31,109 nt of DNA from a virus (lineage: Duplodnaviria > Caudoviricetes): the IMG/VR virus record IMGVR_UViG_3300044484_000047, positions 1 through 31,109 of that record; one strand, 5' to 3'. The position numbers were made by a program, and so were the translations under genes. Below, piece by piece: positions 26,553-31,109 of this stretch (its first letter is position 1; each line of letters opens with the position of its first letter). The notes under the pieces are model-generated. The model did not search any database. It had not been told where the DNA came from and worked only from the letters and a program-made list of their open reading frames with translations.

Positions 26553-27362
26553 TCAATCGAACAGCCCTGCCGGGATGACCTCTCCAGTCTCCGGGTCGAC
26601 CTCGGGCGGCCCGTCTCCTTCCCAGACATCCACGATCAGCGGCTCGCGCTGGCCGCCCAGGATCGTCTGAGACGGGCGATCGGCGAACAGGGGATCAGGA
26701 GAGGCGGGTCGGTCCTCGAGCGCAACCGGCGTCACGTCACGCAGCCCAGCCCGCGGAATATCGCGCGCCTCCACGTCGATCACGACGCCCTTCCCGATGT
26801 CCGACCAGTAGTCCCGGAAATGGAACCCGATCGCTCGCCACTGGAGCATCCGCTGGGGGTACTCCGTCCACGGCCCGGCCTTCCCGATCAGCTTGGCGCG
26901 CTGCGCGTCCTTCCACGAGAAGATCGTTTCCTGGGGCCGCTTGCCTCGCCGCTGGCTCCGGCACCAGCCGATGAGCTCGCCGCGAAGCCGCTCCTCGTCC
27001 TTGTCGACCGGGATTCGGCAGCCGAACTCGATGTCGGTCCCGGGCTCGAGCAGCCCCGAGGAGCGGACCAGCGCGAGCGCCGAGTCGCCCATCAGGGTCG
27101 CGCGGCCGTTCACCACGACCACCGACTGGAGCGCCTGCATGGGCGAGAAGCCCAGCTCAAGCCCCGTCTGGACCGCGAGGAGCACCTTGCCCTCCGTGTC
27201 CATGCCCTTCGGCGCCAGCCCGGACGCCGCGATGTCGCGCGCCCAGACCTTCATCTGCGCCATGTTCGCGAGCTGCACGCCCCGCTGGCCGATCTCGGTC
27301 TCTTCCAGCAGCGCCAGCGCGCTCTTCGTCCCCTTCGTCAGCTCCAGCTCATTCCCCGCCAT
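26553..27362 (-). CDS. recT: RecT-like single-strand annealing protein
   Basis: Motifs G.ELG.SPMQAL..V.VVNGR..L.GD and W..YP.RML..RA....RD...D, with an acidic tail. ATG 27362 follows GAGGAGG. Paired with the exonuclease. Confidence 0.75.
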   Translation of the reverse strand: MAGNELELTKGTKSALALLEETEIGQRGVQLANMAQMKVWARDIAASGLAPKGMDTEGKVLLAVQTGLELGFSPMQALQSVVVVNGRATLMGDSALALVRSSGLLEPGTDIEFGCRIPVDKDEERLRGELIGWCRSQRRGKRPQETIFSWKDAQRAKLIGKAGPWTEYPQRMLQWRAIGFHFRDYWSDIGKGVVIDVEARDIPRAGLRDVTPVALEDRPASPDPLFADRPSQTILGGQREPLIVDVWEGDGPPEVDPETGEVIPAGLFD

Positions 27363-28224
27363 CGGTCCCCTCCTCGATCTCGTCCCAGTCCGACTCATGG
27401 GTCATCGCCCACTTCGGAGCCTCGATCAGTTGCACCTCGGTCGATGCGCCCTCGAAACGCCCTGTCTCGAGAGCCTGCGCCCACTTCCTGCACGCCTTCG
27501 CGATGCGGTGCTTCGCCTCAAAGCGAGTCAGCGCGCCGCACTCGTACACCGACACGTCCATGTACCCCTTGGTCTCGGCGACCACGAACGCGAAGTCCCG
27601 TTCTGCCGGCGCGATCTCATTGAGCCCTTGGATCGTCCACTCCGACTGGATCAGGTAGCCGCGATTGACCACCTCCTTGCGCCAGAAGGCCGGGGTCGCG
27701 TCGCGCGTCGTCTTCGCATCCCAGACCCACGTCCGGCCCCGATCGCGCGACACCGCATCGACCAGCGCCTTGCACGGGAACCCGTAGATGGGATGGAGCC
27801 ACATCGCGGCGAACTCCGTGTGGATCAGGCCGTCCACCCACCGCTCGGCAACCGGGTGGCGCATGATGAGCTCGACCTGCCGCTGGAGCTCCATCAGCGT
27901 CTCGATTTCGATCTCCTGCTTGGTCTCCCAGCCGGGATGCGCCGCCTCCCACTCCTCGCGCGCGGCCCGCCCGACCTTCGTCCGCATGTCCCACTTCGGC
28001 CGGGCGATGAAGTCCTCGTCGAAGCGCCCAGGCTCGAGCAGGAGCTTGTGGAACGCCTGCCCCTGGATCATCGCCTCGGACGGCGGGTCCGGGTGGTGAA
28101 GCCGGTTCCAGGCGGCGTGCAGATGCCGCTCGTCGATCAGCTTGATCGTGCTCTGGTTGAGCGCCATCACCGAGTCGTACTCGCTGCGCGTGATGCCCGG
28201 GTGGATCCCGACCTTGAACTCCAT
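27349..28224 (-). CDS. recE: RecE/exonuclease VIII-like PD-(D/E)XK nuclease (DUF3799-like)
   Basis: Motifs AM..G.AFH..LLEP..F, D.RTK.G, E....W, CKA..D, DAKTT, Y..Q...Y-like and F.FVVAE. AAGGAG RBS. Confidence 0.85.
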   Translation of the reverse strand: MEFKVGIHPGITRSEYDSVMALNQSTIKLIDERHLHAAWNRLHHPDPPSEAMIQGQAFHKLLLEPGRFDEDFIARPKWDMRTKVGRAAREEWEAAHPGWETKQEIEIETLMELQRQVELIMRHPVAERWVDGLIHTEFAAMWLHPIYGFPCKALVDAVSRDRGRTWVWDAKTTRDATPAFWRKEVVNRGYLIQSEWTIQGLNEIAPAERDFAFVVAETKGYMDVSVYECGALTRFEAKHRIAKACRKWAQALETGRFEGASTEVQLIEAPKWAMTHESDWDEIEEGTDGGE

Positions 28225-28299
28225 GCCTCATTCTCCTTGTCGGTGCGAAAGTATCGTGCAACAATAGCAGCCAAGCGCTTGTCACAATAGGAGGAAGCG
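28225..28299. promoter_or_regulatory. Divergent promoter/operator region
   Basis: AT-richer 75-bp gap with an RBS on each strand. Candidate TTGTCG-17-AACAAT on the + strand. Palindrome CAAGCGCTTG (28272-28281) is flanked by two ACAATAG copies. Confidence 0.6.
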
Positions 28300-28563
28300 A
28301 TGACCCTGGGCGAAAAGATTCGAGCCGCTCGCGAGCAGCGCGAGCTGAACCTCAACCAAGCGGCGAAGCTCGCCGGCATCTTCCGCACGACGCTCCGCCA
28401 GCTCGAGGCCGACGAGCAGGAGCTTGGGAACATCCGCCTCACCACCGCCGCCGCGATCGTCGACCTCCTCGCCCCCGCCGTGGAGCTCGCCGACTTCCTG
28501 GGCTCCTACCCGCTCGCGAACGTCCGCATCGTGACCAAGCTGCGCCGGAAGGCCGAGCGATGA
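28300..28563 (+). CDS. XRE/Cro-family helix-turn-helix regulator
   Basis: LGEKIRAAREQRELNLNQAAKLAGIFRTTLRQLE. AGGAGG RBS. No peptidase domain. Confidence 0.9.
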   Translation: MTLGEKIRAAREQRELNLNQAAKLAGIFRTTLRQLEADEQELGNIRLTTAAAIVDLLAPAVELADFLGSYPLANVRIVTKLRRKAER

Positions 28564-29039
28564 GCGCCCGGTCGGATCGCTTCGAGCGCCTGCGCGACAA
28601 CTGGGGCCAGCTCACCGCCGGCCGCATCGCCATGTTCGCGCGCGAGACCAGCCGCTTCAGCGAGGAGGTGATCGAGGACGCCATCACCTCGATCATGCAC
28701 GAGCTCGAATACACCCCGGTCCTGAAGCACGTCATCGCCGCCTGCATCGCTGCCGAGCGCCGCCGCGCCTCGCGTCAGCCGAAGAAGAAGAACGGCTACC
28801 GACCGGGCGAGGTGGGCCCGGACGGACGCCCCACGTTCACTCCCGAGGAGGCGCGCCAAGAGCTGAAGCGGCTTCGCAAGACGAACCCCGAATGGTTCTC
28901 TCGCGAGCTCGACCTGAAGCTCGACAGCCGCCGCTCCCTGGAACTCAATGTCTCTCGGATCTACGTCAACGGGCTACGACGCTGCGCGAACCTCGATGGT
29001 CGGTCGATCATCGAGGCCGAGCAGGCACACCTCTTCTGA
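28560..29039 (+). CDS. Replication-associated protein, helicase loader/inhibitor (G39P)-like N-terminus
   Basis: Pattern F.EEVI.DAI........YTP.L..VI. ATGA-coupled to the HTH gene. The function call is weak. Confidence 0.45.
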   Translation: MSARSDRFERLRDNWGQLTAGRIAMFARETSRFSEEVIEDAITSIMHELEYTPVLKHVIAACIAAERRRASRQPKKKNGYRPGEVGPDGRPTFTPEEARQELKRLRKTNPEWFSRELDLKLDSRRSLELNVSRIYVNGLRRCANLDGRSIIEAEQAHLF

Positions 29040-29051
29040 AAGGACCCCACC

Positions 29052-29702
29052 ATGATCGTTCCCAAGTCCCTGAAGGATCTCCGCCGGCAGCAGCCCGAGG
29101 AGATTCTCGCGTTCGTCTACACGACGATGTTCGACATCGAGGAGCGGCTTCTCGCTGCGCTCCCGACGATGGCCGAAGCCGTCACCACCTCCGGCAAGCA
29201 GGCCAGCTACTCGCCCACCGTCACGTTCCGAAAGGGCAAGAACGGCGCCATCAAGGTCACGGTCGCCGCGCGCGTGCGGCTGCCCGACGAAGAGAAGCAG
29301 TTCATGTTCAAGATCGGCGCCGCCGGCCAGCTCGAGCTCTACAGGGAGGAGGATCCAGATCAGGATCCCGTTGCCCGCAAGGCAGAGATGGAGGCCGAGG
29401 CGTTCGGCGATCTCGACGACGTGCCGGACGAGCCCGAGCCGCTGACCACGGATCCCGAGACGGGCGAGGCCGCGTTCACGCCGGGCCGAGAGCCCTCGAC
29501 GGCAGACGACGCGCCGCTCTCCTTCGCGCCGGCGCCGAAGATCCGCACCGCACCACAGCCGAGCGGCCCGCTCACGCCGGCCCAGGAGCGGATGGCTGCG
29601 ATCCGAGAGCAGAATCTCCGCCTAGCACGCGAGGGCCGGTTGACCGAGGAGCAGATGGCCGCGGCGAAGATCACGCCGGAAGATCTGGCGGCCAGCGCAT
29701 GA
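29052..29702 (+). CDS. Hypothetical protein (alpha/beta N-terminal domain, acidic/Pro-rich tail)
   Basis: AAGGA RBS. ATGA-coupled to the next gene. Confidence 0.75.
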   Translation: MIVPKSLKDLRRQQPEEILAFVYTTMFDIEERLLAALPTMAEAVTTSGKQASYSPTVTFRKGKNGAIKVTVAARVRLPDEEKQFMFKIGAAGQLELYREEDPDQDPVARKAEMEAEAFGDLDDVPDEPEPLTTDPETGEAAFTPGREPSTADDAPLSFAPAPKIRTAPQPSGPLTPAQERMAAIREQNLRLAREGRLTEEQMAAAKITPEDLAASA

Positions 29703-30070
29703 TACGATTCGAGATCCCGGACGTGCCGCCCCTCCTGTTGAACAGCCGCCTTCACTGGCGGTCGGTTCACTCGAAGCGGACTGTGTGGTACGGCCTCGTT
29801 CTGGGTGCCGTCCACAAGCAGCGCCCCCCGCGCCCCTTCGAGCGGGCGGCCGTCCGGTATCTCCGAATGTCGGGGAACAAGAACCAGCAGCCCGACCACG
29901 ACAACCTCGTCTCGAGCTTCAAGTGGATTCAGGACGCCCTGATCTACTGCGGCATCCTCGCAGGCGACGGGCCCGCGCACATCGAGGCCGTCTACGACTG
30001 GCAACCCGCTCCGAGGAAGGGGAAGACCCTCCTGAAGCGGGTTGCCGTCGAGATTGAGCCGATCTTCTAG
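29699..30070 (+). CDS. rusA: RusA-like Holliday junction resolvase
   Basis: PP..LN motif near the N-terminus and PDHDNL...FK...DAL...GIL..D catalytic pattern. True start is ATG 29699. Confidence 0.75.
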   Translation: MIRFEIPDVPPLLLNSRLHWRSVHSKRTVWYGLVLGAVHKQRPPRPFERAAVRYLRMSGNKNQQPDHDNLVSSFKWIQDALIYCGILAGDGPAHIEAVYDWQPAPRKGKTLLKRVAVEIEPIF

Positions 30071-30420
30071 GCGAACCTCCAGATCAGGAAGCCGACGACC
30101 GGCCACCGCACGAGCTCGGCGCACGTCCCTCCGACGATCATCCACCCGAGATCCCGCAGCGTGTCCTCGGCCCGCCTGAGCGAGCAGTAGAGGTTCGTCG
30201 AGCGACCTCTCTCCCAGGCGATGGTGTAGGCCACGAATGCGTCGGGTCTCTGCGTCGGCCGCACGTCGAGGATCGGCTCACGGTCGGTCGCCGGTGGCCA
30301 TTGCTTCACCGCCTCACGGCGCCACAGCAGCCAGTCCAGATAGACCAGCCGCGCCCCGAACCCCATCCAGAAGTGCGCCGTCTGCTCGAGCGGCTCGAGC
30401 CATTTCGGTTTCGGCATCAC
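30067..30420 (-). CDS. Small probable membrane protein with an H...E..Q...D..D pattern
   Basis: AHFWMG, RE..KQ and DTLRDL....VG with hydrophobic segments. GAGGAG RBS and GTGA coupling. Confidence 0.6.
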   Translation of the reverse strand: MMPKPKWLEPLEQTAHFWMGFGARLVYLDWLLWRREAVKQWPPATDREPILDVRPTQRPDAFVAYTIAWERGRSTNLYCSLRRAEDTLRDLGWMIVGGTCAELVRWPVVGFLIWRFA

Positions 30421-30725
30421 TCCTCCTCCGTCTCGTCGTACTTGTCCATCCCAGCAGCCACCGCCGCGTCGATCTCGAAGATCTCGTTCGCGAGGTGGCT
30501 CGTCATCGGCGGCACTCGCCGATCGGAATGGACAAACTCCATCTTCAGCATGTGTCTCCGACCGGAGTTGTTCCGCCGCGTGACCGTCACGCTGCGGAGC
30601 TTGTATCCGGTCGGGGGCTGGACGTAGTTCTCTCCTGCCACGCGAAACGCACTCTCGAAAGTGTCGCAGCGCAGCGTGATCGAAACGTCTCGGCCCGATG
30701 CCTCGAACTTAATCGTGGGCTCCAT
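30417..30725 (-). CDS. Hypothetical protein
   Basis: GGAG RBS. Overlaps both neighbours in an operon-like way. Confidence 0.65.
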   Translation of the reverse strand: MEPTIKFEASGRDVSITLRCDTFESAFRVAGENYVQPPTGYKLRSVTVTRRNNSGRRHMLKMEFVHSDRRVPPMTSHLANEIFEIDAAVAAGMDKYDETEEE

Positions 30726-31107
30726 CGTCGATGATCTCCACGTCCTTCAAGAACGCCTTGCGGGGCACGCCGGGATTGAATCCCTCCTCGGGCCGGAGTC
30801 CGTCTCCGCCCCAATACTGCGTCTCTCCCGTCTCCGTGTGGACGAGGAAGACGCCGCCCGCGTTGCCCTCTCGAGGCCAGTAGTCGGGCCTCTGGATGTA
30901 CGAGATCGTGCCTCCCGTGCTCTGTTGCGGCAGCGAATGGATCCCGACACCGAATCCTTCCGCCACCGAGATCGCCACGAACTCCGCCGCCATCACCCCC
31001 GGAGTCAGACCCTTGCCGTATCCGTTGATGCAGTCGCGCAACCGCTCCTCGATGCGAGCGTTGGTTGTCGAGATCGAAGGTGAGATCCCCACCCCATCCC
31101 AGAACAC
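30709..31107 (-). CDS. Hypothetical protein (probably truncated at the window edge)
   Basis: Frame is open to the edge. Its stop overlaps the start region of the next gene. Confidence 0.6.
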   Translation of the reverse strand: MFWDGVGISPSISTTNARIEERLRDCINGYGKGLTPGVMAAEFVAISVAEGFGVGIHSLPQQSTGGTISYIQRPDYWPREGNAGGVFLVHTETGETQYWGGDGLRPEEGFNPGVPRKAFLKDVEIIDDGAHD

Positions 31108-31109
31108 CA

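Overview
The window is about 31 kb of a high-GC tailed-phage genome with a short-tailed (podovirus-type) organisation and no host genes, tRNAs, CRISPR array or integrase. Positions 1-26456 (+) form one tightly coupled late operon. In order it encodes: the end of an upstream gene (probably TerS), TerL, portal, scaffold, major capsid (DUF5309/SU10-like), small beta-rich head proteins, adaptor and nozzle, and ejection proteins. The largest ejection protein is 1703 aa with lysozyme, HExxH and LPD38-like parts. Next come two receptor-binding proteins sharing an N-terminal anchor, a six-gene cassette of unknown beta-rich or repeat proteins, a holin-like gene with Rz/Rz1-like spanins, and a final small ORF with a PEP-CTERM-like tail. 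Positions 26553-31109 hold early genes: RecT-like and RecE-like (-), a 75-bp divergent control region, then HTH, helicase-loader-like, unknown and RusA-like genes (+), and three convergent unknown genes (-). All family calls come from recognising motifs and gene order by eye. No database search was run.
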